From: a virus
Taxonomy: Duplodnaviria; Caudoviricetes
IMG/VR virus record: IMGVR_UViG_2850949226_000003
Location: 14,282 to 78,281 of that record
Reading direction: 5' to 3' (one strand)
DNA: 64,000 nucleotides
In this document: positions 39,001 through 48,390 of the stretch, in pieces
How the letters are laid out: each line of letters starts with the position of its first letter
Numbering within the stretch: position 1 is the first letter of the stretch
Program-made: the position numbers and the translations under genes
The notes under the pieces: model-generated
What the model was told of the DNA's origin: nothing
Seen by the model: only the letters and a program-made list of their open reading frames with translations
Databases searched by the model: none

Positions 39001-40180
39001 CACAACAGATGTTTATCCTGTTGTATTGACTATATCTGAATTAAAAACTGAATTAGGGGATAAAGCTACAGATTGGTCGCCCGCCCCTGAAGATGTGAAT
39101 CAACAATTCGATTGGTTAGCAACGAGGATTTCTAATGCTGAATTGAAAATCGATGACGATTCTATAATCAGCACTGTTACATCATCTATAACATTTCAGA
39201 ACGCTCTTGATACAAAAGCCGATGCGAGTGTTGTTGGTGATATGGCTACTAAAGAAGAAGTTGATGAAAAGATTGGATCAATTGATTTCGAAGGTGAAAT
39301 AGACACCAGGTTGCAAAATCTCTCGGAAGACGAGAACAGCATGTTAAACCTCACCTATGCAACCAAATCGGAGTTAACCCAAACATCGGAAGCGATCACA
39401 TCGAAATTCTCTGCTACCGGCGGAATGAATTTGATTAGAAACTCTATAGGATATGCAGAGTTCGACTTTTGGACCGCGATTGGAGCGACTAGGATTGAGT
39501 CGTTTTCTGATCCTACTTTAGATACTTTAGGATTTGGGCATGGATTTAAGTTTACTCCAGGAGCATCAGCGAGTTCTTTATCCCAGGAAATGACGGTTAT
39601 TGCAGGACAAGAGTATACGCTTTCCTGGTATGGCAATAAAATAAACAACACAATTTCAGGAGATGGCAGAGTAGCGGTTCAAATATTAAACGAAGACGGA
39701 ACGGCACTTCATACGCGTTGGTATCAACATACAGATTTAACTCAAGGTTACGAACCAGATAACTTTGTTTTCATTCCTAATAGCAATAAGGTAACTGTAA
39801 GAATTTATTGTTACCAAGATGCTGAATTTTCTATAACTGGTTTGATGTGCGGGATCGGAGATATAGCACTTCAATGGTCATTAGCAACCGGAGAGTTGTA
39901 CAACACCAATGTAAGAACTGACATTAACGGTATACGAGTTTCGAGGATCGAAGATGAAGAGGTTGTTGGGTACACAAATATGACCCCGGAAGAGTTTGCC
40001 GGTTATTACACAGACGGAAACGGCGGATATGAGAAGGTTTTCTATCTTAACCAAGATGAAACCGTCACGAAGAAATTCAAAGCAATGACAGAGTTTACAA
40101 TGGGATCGATAAAAGTGATTAACGTCAAAGGCGGCGGGAATGATGGTTGGGCGTTTGTTCCGACTGTACCTGAAGAATAA
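36071..40180 (+). CDS. Tail tip/baseplate hub protein with carbohydrate-binding modules
   Basis: AESSITQNA.EI.L.V repeats; IGGRNL...ELGDKATDWSPAPED; GGMNLIRNS. Confidence 0.8.
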   Translation: MRGRLDLTTRFPVMKVVVDFDNVGFGYMEKWTDITDYVLDVSGSKEKESEVLGGVSSDIVTLTVDNSENKFSVDNPNSLFYKKSKSNLRFALLTGFKGEYLTPYVVGYIHSMQPRWKSKEYLLKATCPMEKLKRADVPEQTFYNVSWDDLVNALLDQAGIEPYFLREIPKTELFYKYFKFEENKCFDALKKLMEVVAGQSFFDGRYFKTITKLAINYTEDRSHKHEITVSDLFEFEEIIDDNSIINKVSIISEPKEIAPLQVVWETPENFVGVQNEQVFYDGTDYVYIDINNRPLFWDDSHEITIKNLTNGIDITWEVYNAELGRIKLTAEGKGYCNPGDLLSVSYTYQYLVLLPGQERKYVAQTDEVIDVFLEPDIVAWNADATEQVEYSSTPDIPNTLSKQSMTVKEDGTIVELVLKNNTSDKVSISTLQFRGYPVRVLNPIEVYNKDKESIEQNDTKEVNITNNYINNIKLAEKLSQFIVENKANIKKELNIQINGYSELLLNDVALVTEEASGTNHLLTIERINFTFGVNSGWTADLTVLEVPTNDWSYDGFLGDSYTSPQKGTPSSTQPYHKGTEPPSDTSLFWVDTSVNPNVTKVYDQASGQWVKANPTTPEEIGAETPQGAQDKADKAKWDAIDYTDTEVAKREMAMFKQPTPPEKPVLNQIWIDTSGEMQIFKRWNGTDWQPIGPVTAGDLDTYTSIEIDNALKTKVGQTEFNEVEERLSLAESSITQNAGEIALRVKQDTYDMDIGNLRSRLSSAESSITQNANEIELKVSQDGVISAINQTAEQIQIEASKINLVGAITLNSFSSELLTDFNSKAEQSYVNQKVNDLQIGGRNLTPNSTGKFLDEETSIPVGWSLWGTAEDLTSSTEDVRGADASVKVTATADQGGVMAPVTEVQRGKVYTISFYVKVDKPALIGYLLKFFDEQGVEIDPIQIESQTLAANEWMHYKQTFIVPMTAATMRATPIVYSTTDVYPVVLTISELKTELGDKATDWSPAPEDVNQQFDWLATRISNAELKIDDDSIISTVTSSITFQNALDTKADASVVGDMATKEEVDEKIGSIDFEGEIDTRLQNLSEDENSMLNLTYATKSELTQTSEAITSKFSATGGMNLIRNSIGYAEFDFWTAIGATRIESFSDPTLDTLGFGHGFKFTPGASASSLSQEMTVIAGQEYTLSWYGNKINNTISGDGRVAVQILNEDGTALHTRWYQHTDLTQGYEPDNFVFIPNSNKVTVRIYCYQDAEFSITGLMCGIGDIALQWSLATGELYNTNVRTDINGIRVSRIEDEEVVGYTNMTPEEFAGYYTDGNGGYEKVFYLNQDETVTKKFKAMTEFTMGSIKVINVKGGGNDGWAFVPTVPEE

Positions 40181-40199
40181 AAGAAAGGAGAATGGATAA

Positions 40200-42602
40200 A
40201 TGGCATTAAGCGGTACTATATATACAAATGTCGGATCACATTGGCGATTACAGTTAGAGTGGACAGGATCACAAAGTACAAGCGGTAACTATACTGATGT
40301 TACAGCAAAACTTTATTGGATCGCGAGAGATTCCTACGGTGCTGTATATTCTGGCGCAACAAAAAGTTGCGGTATCACTGTTTCGGGTAGCACCTCAACC
40401 AAGAGTGCATCAGGAATGGCGAAATTATCAGGGAATCAAAAGAAGTTAATTCACAAGTATACAAAGAGAATAAATCACAATTCGGATGGTACGGGTTCCA
40501 TAACCTTAGACGGATACTTCAACGCTGAAGTAACTTTGGGTGGGACTTATTATGGAAAAATCAATTTAAGCGCTAAGACTTGGACCTTAAATACGATCCC
40601 TAGAGCTTCGAGTTTGTCTTCAAGTCCTTCATGGAAGGCCGGAAGCAACTTCACTCTATCCGTTTCGAGAGCCTCATCTTCTTTTAGTCATGAAGCGGAG
40701 ATATATGTAAAAGATACAAGTGGAAATTGGGAATGGATAAAAAGGGTTGATTTTTCGAAGTCCCAAACATCGCTCTCATCTTCCTTTTCGACAGCTAATC
40801 AAGAGGAAATATTTCAAGTTTTAGCTGGGAGAAGCAGTGCAGACAGTAGGGTTCTTTTGCAAACGTTTAACGGTAGCACAATGATTGGCCAAAAAGAATA
40901 TATAGGAAAGTGCACCGCCCCTAGCGCTAGTACAATAAGCAGTGGAACAGATCGTGATGTTTATATTGACCAGACCATTAACTTAGGGATTACCCGGCAT
41001 GATAGTGAGTTTTCTCATACTTTAAAAATATTCTGCGGTGGTACTTTGATCAAGACTATTACTGGTGTTGGGACAAGTACATCGTGGACTCCTACTGAAG
41101 CAGAAAAAGATATTATGTATGGGAAGACTCCAAACTCCAATGAAGTTGACGGGAACATCGAGGTATATACTTATTACGGCTCACAACTTGTAAGAAGTTA
41201 TACAAATAACGATATTGATTTCCATGTAAGAAATTCAAATCCCACTTTCGGTACCGGTTATTCATACAAAGACACCAATTCAACAACAACAGGCATCACC
41301 GGAAATGATCAATATATAATTCAAAACAAGTCGAGTGTTCTCGTTGAAATTCCGTCAACAGCTAAAGCGGCTCCGCTTAATGGAGCTTCTATGGTGGAAT
41401 ATGAAGCTAAATTAGGCGGAAAAACGATAAAACAACCGTATTCCAGTTCATCTACTGTTTCATTCAATTTTGGAGAAATAAATGCAAGCGCAAATCAAAC
41501 CTTAACGGTTTCGGCTATAGATAGTAGAGGAAACAGGACTACCACAACAAAAACGGTAAACATGGTGCCATACTCTAATCCGAATGTTTCTGCGACCGCA
41601 AAACGAATTAATGACTTCGAGAACAATACCACAGTAACACTAACGGGTAGTGTCTCTCCATTGAATGTTGGAGGAAGCAACAAGAACACAGTGTTATCAA
41701 TGAAGTATGAGTATAAACTGGTAACATCATCTTCTTATCCAACGACGGGGCCTGGTTCGCCAACTTCATTTTCTAACGATACTTCAAAAGCATTCCCGAA
41801 ATATGGAGGGGTACCGGTAGTTGTCGATCTCAATAACCTTTCTGCTTGGAACGTAAGGATAACTGTTTCTGACAAGTTAGAGAGCACAACTGTAGTAAAA
41901 ACCGTTGACACAGGAAAGCCTATATTCTTCATTGATTCACTAAAAAAGTCATTAGGGTTTAATGATTTCCCTCTTTATGAAAACGAATTTAGATTTAATG
42001 GGCGGATTGTTTTTGGGGCGAATCAATGGGCACCAAACTCTCAAGGCGAAGGGGCCGGCGCGTTATACCTTAACAACTCCGACATTACAGGCGTTAATGG
42101 GGTATGGTTCAATGACATTGCCAATAACGATGGCGAGGGATTATTGTTTCTGAAGAGCGGCTCAACAGCAGGGTCAACCACACCTTCAGATTACGATAAC
42201 TTCTTGATACGAGATGGGGTAGCGTATCTTAATGGCCAACCTGTTCTCTATTCAGGAAATGAAGAGCTGTGGAATGGGGCTTATTATATGCACAGTGGAC
42301 ATACGATCTATCCTACAAAAAAGATTTCCGATTGTCCTAATGGATGGGTGCTCGTTTGGTCTGACTATGACAAACCCACAAAAACAGTAAATGACTTTAA
42401 TTTCGCCTACACATTCATCCACAAATACCACGTAAAAGCATGGAACGGCGGCGGAGTATATTGTCCAATCGGCACAACAAGAACAACGATAACGAACAAA
42501 TACCTCTATATCTACAATGACAAAATAGCAGGAAACGATGACAACGATGATGATGACACTTATGCAAGTGATGCAGTATTGAGAAAGGTTCTTTGTTTTT
42601 AG
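40200..42602 (+). CDS. DUF859-like siphovirus tail fibre/receptor-binding protein
   Basis: LNTIPRASS and SAIDSRG motifs; C-terminal LWNGAYYM...CPNGWVLVWSDY domain. Confidence 0.75.
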   Translation: MALSGTIYTNVGSHWRLQLEWTGSQSTSGNYTDVTAKLYWIARDSYGAVYSGATKSCGITVSGSTSTKSASGMAKLSGNQKKLIHKYTKRINHNSDGTGSITLDGYFNAEVTLGGTYYGKINLSAKTWTLNTIPRASSLSSSPSWKAGSNFTLSVSRASSSFSHEAEIYVKDTSGNWEWIKRVDFSKSQTSLSSSFSTANQEEIFQVLAGRSSADSRVLLQTFNGSTMIGQKEYIGKCTAPSASTISSGTDRDVYIDQTINLGITRHDSEFSHTLKIFCGGTLIKTITGVGTSTSWTPTEAEKDIMYGKTPNSNEVDGNIEVYTYYGSQLVRSYTNNDIDFHVRNSNPTFGTGYSYKDTNSTTTGITGNDQYIIQNKSSVLVEIPSTAKAAPLNGASMVEYEAKLGGKTIKQPYSSSSTVSFNFGEINASANQTLTVSAIDSRGNRTTTTKTVNMVPYSNPNVSATAKRINDFENNTTVTLTGSVSPLNVGGSNKNTVLSMKYEYKLVTSSSYPTTGPGSPTSFSNDTSKAFPKYGGVPVVVDLNNLSAWNVRITVSDKLESTTVVKTVDTGKPIFFIDSLKKSLGFNDFPLYENEFRFNGRIVFGANQWAPNSQGEGAGALYLNNSDITGVNGVWFNDIANNDGEGLLFLKSGSTAGSTTPSDYDNFLIRDGVAYLNGQPVLYSGNEELWNGAYYMHSGHTIYPTKKISDCPNGWVLVWSDYDKPTKTVNDFNFAYTFIHKYHVKAWNGGGVYCPIGTTRTTITNKYLYIYNDKIAGNDDNDDDDTYASDAVLRKVLCF

Positions 42603-42622
42603 GGAAAAAGGAGGAATAGACG

Positions 42623-43162
42623 ATGAACATTTATATATCGTTAAATGAAGAAGGTCAGGTCACCGGTTGGGGGAGCACAAGAGGAATGGATTCAGAGATT
42701 GAAATTGATATCGAGGACAACGATCCTTTCTTAACGGACAATCCCTTTATATATCGTTATCTTGATGGGAAATTGGTAAAGGACGAATCTTTCGAACTGA
42801 ATAGAGCTAAATCAGAAAAAATCGAGGAATTAAGTAGAGAGTGTAAGGCGGCAATTTTGGGAAGGTTTGTTGCAACAGTTGATGGAGTTGAGTATTTGTT
42901 CTCCTGTGACATTGAAGCGCAAGCTAATTTTGAAAAAGCAGAGAAATCTTTCGCCAAAGGACTTATTACTGAAATTCCGTGGACAGCTTATGATTCAAAC
43001 GGAAAAGTCGTAAGGGTTCTCTTGAATCAAGAAAAATTCGAACCTGTATACATCAAACATTTAGAGCACATCCAAAACAATATTTCGAAATTTAGAGATT
43101 TCCTTCAGCCAATGGTAGAAGATGCTCAAACTCCTGAAGAGGTTTTTATAATACGGTGGTAA
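42623..43162 (+). CDS. Tail-fibre-associated protein (DUF2977/DUF4376-like)
   Basis: AKSEKIEELSRECKAAI..F, FSCDIEAQAN; ends in W. Confidence 0.6.
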   Translation: MNIYISLNEEGQVTGWGSTRGMDSEIEIDIEDNDPFLTDNPFIYRYLDGKLVKDESFELNRAKSEKIEELSRECKAAILGRFVATVDGVEYLFSCDIEAQANFEKAEKSFAKGLITEIPWTAYDSNGKVVRVLLNQEKFEPVYIKHLEHIQNNISKFRDFLQPMVEDAQTPEEVFIIRW

Positions 43163-43183
43163 AGAAAGGGGTGTGAAAATCGA

Positions 43184-43648
43184 ATGATGGCAGGAGACAT
43201 TGTTTTCGTAAATGGAAACACACCGATAAGTCGAATGGTAAAACTAATTGATGGCGGCCGTTTTTCTCACGTAGCGGTAGCTGTAAGTGAAACACATATT
43301 ATCGAAGCGCAATACTTTACCAAAGTGAGAATAACCCCTTTGAAGTACAGGGATTTTGAAGTTGTCAGCGTAAATTTGACAGACGAACAAAGGGATAGAA
43401 TAGTTCATTTGGGGATTCAACTGGTTGGAAAGTGGTATGACTATCTCCAGGTTTTTTGGTATTTCTTCAACAAATTATTAAGTTTGGATTTTAGAGGTGT
43501 TTGGAACTCGAAAAACAACCTCATATGTTCAGAACTTGTGGACAGACTTCTATCTCAAGTCGGTTACATTCCAGAGAATCTATTCTTGGGGGATGTAACC
43601 CCTTCTGAACTGTATGAATACCTCAAAAAAATAGACCTTCGAAAATGA
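43184..43648 (+). CDS. Permuted papain-like amidase (YaeF/YiiX, C92)
   Basis: GDIVF, FSHVAV, GKWYD and ICSEL motifs. Confidence 0.8.
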   Translation: MMAGDIVFVNGNTPISRMVKLIDGGRFSHVAVAVSETHIIEAQYFTKVRITPLKYRDFEVVSVNLTDEQRDRIVHLGIQLVGKWYDYLQVFWYFFNKLLSLDFRGVWNSKNNLICSELVDRLLSQVGYIPENLFLGDVTPSELYEYLKKIDLRK

Positions 43649-43679
43649 GAAATCGCTCCAAAGAAATCATACTAATGTT
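43646..43679 (+). promoter_or_regulatory. Putative lysis-operon promoter TGAGA-N17-CATACTAATGTT
   Basis: Closely matches copies at 16256 and 18395. Confidence 0.55.
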
Positions 43680-43747
43680 TTTAGGGCCGAAACCGTTGTT
43701 ACAGTAAAAATGAGCAAAAGGGAAACTTATCGAAGGAGGATATACCG

Positions 43748-44050
43748 GTGGAGCAATTGTTGTTGAATTACGCAAAGGAGGGCGTATTCTTAGCTCTATT
43801 CCTCTATTTACTTGTTTGGTCTATACCTAAGATGAGGCAAGAGTTCAAACAAGATATGAAAGAGATGGAGGAACGACACGGCGCGGAAATTTTGCGAGTT
43901 GAGAAGAAGCATGAATCAGAAATCGAAAAGGTAGAAGAAAAGGCAGAAAAGCGCGAGAACGAGCTAATGAGATTATTGACCATGTTCGGCGATAAATATG
44001 ACATTCTTACTCATAAAGTCGATGAAGTGCTTAAAAAGTTAGAAAAATAA
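43748..44050 (+). CDS. BhlA/UviB-like holin-associated protein
   Basis: EGVFLALFLYLL TM plus coiled coil with KRENELM. Confidence 0.65.
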   Translation: MEQLLLNYAKEGVFLALFLYLLVWSIPKMRQEFKQDMKEMEERHGAEILRVEKKHESEIEKVEEKAEKRENELMRLLTMFGDKYDILTHKVDEVLKKLEK

Positions 44051-44077
44051 GTTATAAAGAAAGGTGAGTGATAATTG

Positions 44078-45157
44078 ATGGCTAAAGAGTGGGCTATTGA
44101 TATCGGCCACGGAGAAGATACGTGGGAAAAAGGTGGAGGCAAAGGAGTTAAATTGCCTGGTGATTTAGGCGGCGGAAGAATGGAAGAACATTGGTTTAAC
44201 TCTGCTGTAGGCATTTATGCTAAAGAGTTGTTAGAGCACAATGGAATCAAAGTTTTCATGGCTCAGAAACCTTACAAAAACGATGTACCTTTAACAACCC
44301 GCACCAACGCATATAATGCAAGAAAGGTAAGAGGGGTAATTTCTATTCACGCTAACGCCGGATCACACAAAGCTCATGGGTCTTGCGTTTTCTATTGGCA
44401 CACCGCAGAAGATTCCAGGAAGTTAGCTGAAGTTTGGAAGAAGCACGCTTCCAAGTATATGTCGGAAGTTGGTTTTCACGGTAACGGCTTTCACCCATCG
44501 GTCCCTGGCACGTGGACAAACCTTCATATTTGCCGTGAAACGAATATGAGAGCTATTTTGATTGAGCACGGCTTTATGACAAACAAGAGCGATCTGAAAT
44601 GGTTGCTAAACGATTCATACCGTCGTGATTGCGCTGAAGTTATAGCAAGGACAATTTGTGAAGTAGAAGGGATTACCTTCAAGCCGTTGTCAGGAAAGAA
44701 ATCATCCGGTTCCACAAAACCCTCTCCTTCTCCTGTGAATAAGGCGGCTGAATATAAGATCGAAAAGGGAGACACTATTTGGGGAATCGCTAAAGAGCTT
44801 AAAGTCAGCGTCGAGGACATTCTTAAGTTAAATCCTGGGATCGATCCGACAAAACTTCAAATTGGACAAACCATCAAAGTAAAAGGCACTCCTTCGAAAT
44901 CAAATGATAAGCCGAAAAAGTCTTCTTCAGGAAGTTTCATTGGAAAAAGAGTTGAATCCAAAGTTAATGGATTAAGATTTTATGCCAAGCCTTCGTGGTC
45001 AGATAAGGATGTTGTGGGTCACGCGAATAAAGGCCAAGGGTTCCCTTATATTTTGAGTAAGCACAAAGTCGGTGACGGGTACCAATACCGAGTCAAAAAT
45101 TCAAAAGGGAAAATCTTTTACATTACTGCAAGTTCAAAATATGTCACAGTCAAATAA
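44078..45157 (+). CDS. Endolysin: Amidase_3 plus LysM plus C-terminal cell-wall-binding domain
   Basis: IDIGHG, ISIHANA, ILIEHGFMTN; YKIEKGDTIWGIA LysM. Confidence 0.92.
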   Translation: MAKEWAIDIGHGEDTWEKGGGKGVKLPGDLGGGRMEEHWFNSAVGIYAKELLEHNGIKVFMAQKPYKNDVPLTTRTNAYNARKVRGVISIHANAGSHKAHGSCVFYWHTAEDSRKLAEVWKKHASKYMSEVGFHGNGFHPSVPGTWTNLHICRETNMRAILIEHGFMTNKSDLKWLLNDSYRRDCAEVIARTICEVEGITFKPLSGKKSSGSTKPSPSPVNKAAEYKIEKGDTIWGIAKELKVSVEDILKLNPGIDPTKLQIGQTIKVKGTPSKSNDKPKKSSSGSFIGKRVESKVNGLRFYAKPSWSDKDVVGHANKGQGFPYILSKHKVGDGYQYRVKNSKGKIFYITASSKYVTVK

Positions 45158-45169
45158 GGAGAGGATAAA

Positions 45170-45454
45170 ATGATTAACTGGAAAGTTAGACTAAGAAACA
45201 AAATGTGGTTGACTTCTTTTGCTTCACAGACAGCTTTGCTTATTCAAGGGGTTTTGGCTGGCCTTGTTGGTTTAGGGGTAATCAGCATTGATCTCGCCGG
45301 TCTTGACTCATCTCTAAAAATTGCTTTAGGTATGGTCGATGTTGTTTTGGCCTATCTTTCATTCTTAGGCATTGTTCAGGACCCAACTACTGAAGGAATC
45401 GGGGATAGTGCACAGGCTTTAGAATATGGCGAGCCAAAAGTCCAAGACAAATAA
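45170..45454 (+). CDS. Holin (phi LC3 family)
   Basis: MINWKVRLRNK...GIVQDPTTEGIGDS.QALEY. Confidence 0.9.
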   Translation: MINWKVRLRNKMWLTSFASQTALLIQGVLAGLVGLGVISIDLAGLDSSLKIALGMVDVVLAYLSFLGIVQDPTTEGIGDSAQALEYGEPKVQDK

Positions 45455-45528
45455 TTTCATAAAATCAGATATTCATGTTTAATTTTACCTTCCCTCTGAC
45501 TATAATTTAAGTATCAGGGGGGGTTTTT

Positions 45529-45894
45529 ATGAAGAAATTCATAGTGATGTTTGTTATGATTTTAGGGCTTTCAGGGTGTTCAGAAGAAAAGTTTGAATCA
45601 TACAAAGAAGCTGATCAGCATTTGATGAAAGAGATCGCTGACGGAAAAATAGACCTTAATAAAGTTAATGACAAATATACCGCTGAAGGAACAAAAATTT
45701 CTGAAGATGAATTCGATTCTCTGAAAAAATACTCAAAATTGCACTTTGAAGAAGACGGTATCGAAATCACTAGGGATGACAATGTAACACACATACAAGA
45801 AAAACCGACTGAAGCATTTGGCACCGATATGAATATTTACTGGAAATACGAAGACGGAACTTATAAAATTGAAAAGATCGAGAATTATGAATAA
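45529..45894 (+). CDS. Lipoprotein (moron)
   Basis: Lipobox LSGC; own TATAAT promoter and terminator (45896-45918). Confidence 0.75.
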   Translation: MKKFIVMFVMILGLSGCSEEKFESYKEADQHLMKEIADGKIDLNKVNDKYTAEGTKISEDEFDSLKKYSKLHFEEDGIEITRDDNVTHIQEKPTEAFGTDMNIYWKYEDGTYKIEKIENYE

Positions 45895-45952
45895 CACTCC
45901 CTATTCGGGAGTTTTTTTATTATACTAATAGGTGGAATTAAGGAGGTACATA

Positions 45953-46471
45953 ATGAATGATGTCATTATAACATTGATCAGTGTGGGAGTAGGGGCCGTT
46001 TCAACCGGAGTGGTTTCTTATATTCTACAAGCGCAACAATTTAAAAGGCAGACAGATTGGGAACGAGAAAAGCAGGAAGTCCAACATAAGCAACAATTAG
46101 AAATAATGCACAACCAATTTACTAAAGAACAATTACTCAAGAAAGTGGAGGCGTATAACGAAATATTAAATGTCGAAAATAATCTCCAGGTTTGTGTGTG
46201 GGATCAGCATACAGGCGATTGGGAGTTGAACTGTAATCTTTACAAAGAAAAGATTAGACCCTTACTATACAAGCACTTTCATTTGTTAGAAGACAACGTG
46301 GCCCGTTCTGTTCAAGAAATCGATACAATATTTCATAAGTGGGGTATATACGAAGAGGCGGACGATTCTGATGATGAATTTTTGAGCGGGGAGTACCTAA
46401 AGATAATTTCGTCAATACAAAATGAACTTCAAAATTATAGAGATGTTTTTATTAATAAAAAATTAAATTAA
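45953..46471 (+). CDS. N-terminally membrane-anchored helical protein
   Basis: ATG after AAGGAGG; one TM then coiled coil. Confidence 0.65.
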   Translation: MNDVIITLISVGVGAVSTGVVSYILQAQQFKRQTDWEREKQEVQHKQQLEIMHNQFTKEQLLKKVEAYNEILNVENNLQVCVWDQHTGDWELNCNLYKEKIRPLLYKHFHLLEDNVARSVQEIDTIFHKWGIYEEADDSDDEFLSGEYLKIISSIQNELQNYRDVFINKKLN

Positions 46472-46481
46472 AAGAGAGTGG

Positions 46482-47033
46482 TTATTTCCACTCTCCGGTT
46501 TCTGTAAAGTATGTTACTCCTAGTCCGATAGCGTCTGCATCATTATCGTTTTTGACAGTAAATAGCTGAGCATTTTTCTTACCGACCAATTTCTCTTTTA
46601 TTTCATAACACTTATCGATGATATCTTGCTTTTCTGCATTTCCGTTCCCTGCGAAGACTCTTTTCATAGTCTTATTGTTTATGAAATAAAATTCAGAGAC
46701 ATCATTGAATACCTTTTTCGCTATTCCGTGTACCCCACCAAGCTTATAGGCCGAAGTATACCCATTGTTTTTATTGACCCTTCCCGAATTCTTTACATTA
46801 GCAAGCCATTCCTCACAAACGATATCAGCAGGAAAGAAGCTTGCTCTTAATGTCATCAACTGCATTTCAATCCGTTGTAACTTCCGCCCTTCTTGGCTTG
46901 TTTCAAAATGATCGTTATTTATAGTTCCCCATTCAACTAATCCGGGATTACCGCGGGATTTCCTCCTGAATACAGCATATCCGGTTTCATTAAGAGACAG
47001 GTCTAATACGATTACATATTCCTTTTTGCTCAT
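46482..47033 (-). CDS. RuvC-like Holliday junction resolvase
   Basis: VLDLSLNETGYAV, CEE, AGNGNAEK, NDADAIG. Confidence 0.85.
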   Translation of the reverse strand: MSKKEYVIVLDLSLNETGYAVFRRKSRGNPGLVEWGTINNDHFETSQEGRKLQRIEMQLMTLRASFFPADIVCEEWLANVKNSGRVNKNNGYTSAYKLGGVHGIAKKVFNDVSEFYFINNKTMKRVFAGNGNAEKQDIIDKCYEIKEKLVGKKNAQLFTVKNDNDADAIGLGVTYFTETGEWK

Positions 47034-47878
47034 TCTGCAATCTCCATTGCAAGTTTGCCGTGATGTTCATAGTTCAAGACCTTGATATGTTCAGGTTGGA
47101 AATCATAAAAATTCTTTATATTAGGATCAATAAAAAGCTCTGGAGCGGGGAGCGGCTCCCTTGTGATTTGTTCTTTCAAAACATCCATGTGACGATTATA
47201 GATGTGGGCGTTACCTAAGACAAAGTGCATCTTCCCTAAAGGTAAGCCGGTATGAATAGCGACCAGGCGTTGAAGAACGGCATACTGATATACATTAAAG
47301 GGCAATCCTAATCCTACATCGGAACTTCGGGCCTTGACCAAAAGGTTTAATGTCCCGTCAAATGTGTCCCATTGAGTATGGTGAACACAGGGGGCAAGAG
47401 ACATTTCGTTTAAGTCATCGACATTCCAAAGTTCTGTCATGATCCGCCGCGAAGTCGGGTTATTGGTCAGTTCATGAAGGATATAATCAACTTGATCCAT
47501 AATTTGCCCTTTGATGTTGATGACTTTTTTCGAAAGCTGAAATCCGTATGCAGGACCGATCGTGCCGTTCCATCTGCCGCCTTCAATTCTCCATTCATTC
47601 CAAATCCTTACCCCCATTTTCAAGAGGTCGTTAATATCATTCGATTTCATATTCCAAATCCAATGTCGCTCTTTGTTCGCGGTATCAGGTGAATTGAATT
47701 TAGTTGTAAGAATGGGAATTTCATCTGGAAAGAATGTCATGGTGTGAAAGAAAATGCTCTTCGTGTGAGCCGGTGTTCCATCTTTCCATTTAGCTCTGAC
47801 ATCCTTTCCATTGCTCCAAACACCTTCGCGATCTATTCTTTTTACAAGCTCAGCATAAATAATGTCAAATTGAGACAT
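47030..47878 (-). CDS. thyA: Thymidylate synthase
   Basis: SRRIM, LAPCVH, RSSDVGLGLPFN, NAHIYNRH; start set at ATG 47878. Confidence 0.95.
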   Translation of the reverse strand: MSQFDIIYAELVKRIDREGVWSNGKDVRAKWKDGTPAHTKSIFFHTMTFFPDEIPILTTKFNSPDTANKERHWIWNMKSNDINDLLKMGVRIWNEWRIEGGRWNGTIGPAYGFQLSKKVINIKGQIMDQVDYILHELTNNPTSRRIMTELWNVDDLNEMSLAPCVHHTQWDTFDGTLNLLVKARSSDVGLGLPFNVYQYAVLQRLVAIHTGLPLGKMHFVLGNAHIYNRHMDVLKEQITREPLPAPELFIDPNIKNFYDFQPEHIKVLNYEHHGKLAMEIAE

Positions 47879-48380
47879 GTCTACAACCCCTATCATTGAT
47901 CCTCTCGAACTCAAAGAAAATATGTTCATGTTTGTTTTTATCATCAATAACGCCAAGTGTGACTGATTTGATCCTGAATTTTTCGTTCAAGTAATTGCCG
48001 GCCGGAAAGAACTTGTCGCAATCAAAGGTTTCAAGAATATTAGTCAGATAGATTCTTTGGGCGTGCGGTAAAAAGAGACTGTAGATGTCTTCGCCGCCTA
48101 TGATCCATACGTCAACCGACTTTGCCAAGATCAAGATTGGTTCAATACTCGAATACGTCAAGACTCCTTCATCATCAAAGTTATCCTCCCTCGACAACAC
48201 GATGTTCGTTCTGTTTGGCAAAGGCTTCCTCAAAGACTTGTAAGTAGTGCTCCCCATAACCACAAACGATCCCTCGGTTTTCTCTCTGAAATAACGAAGG
48301 TCATCCGGGAGGTGCCAAGGTATATCTCCATCTCGCGCAATACCAAAATCTAAGTCTACACAAGCGATGATGTTAATCAT
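47865..48380 (-). CDS. dfrA: Dihydrofolate reductase
   Basis: IPWHLPDDL, PLPNRTNIVLS, WIIGG, CDKFFP. Confidence 0.95.
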   Translation of the reverse strand: MINIIACVDLDFGIARDGDIPWHLPDDLRYFREKTEGSFVVMGSTTYKSLRKPLPNRTNIVLSREDNFDDEGVLTYSSIEPILILAKSVDVWIIGGEDIYSLFLPHAQRIYLTNILETFDCDKFFPAGNYLNEKFRIKSVTLGVIDDKNKHEHIFFEFERINDRGCRHVSI

Positions 48381-48390
48381 CTTTAACCTC

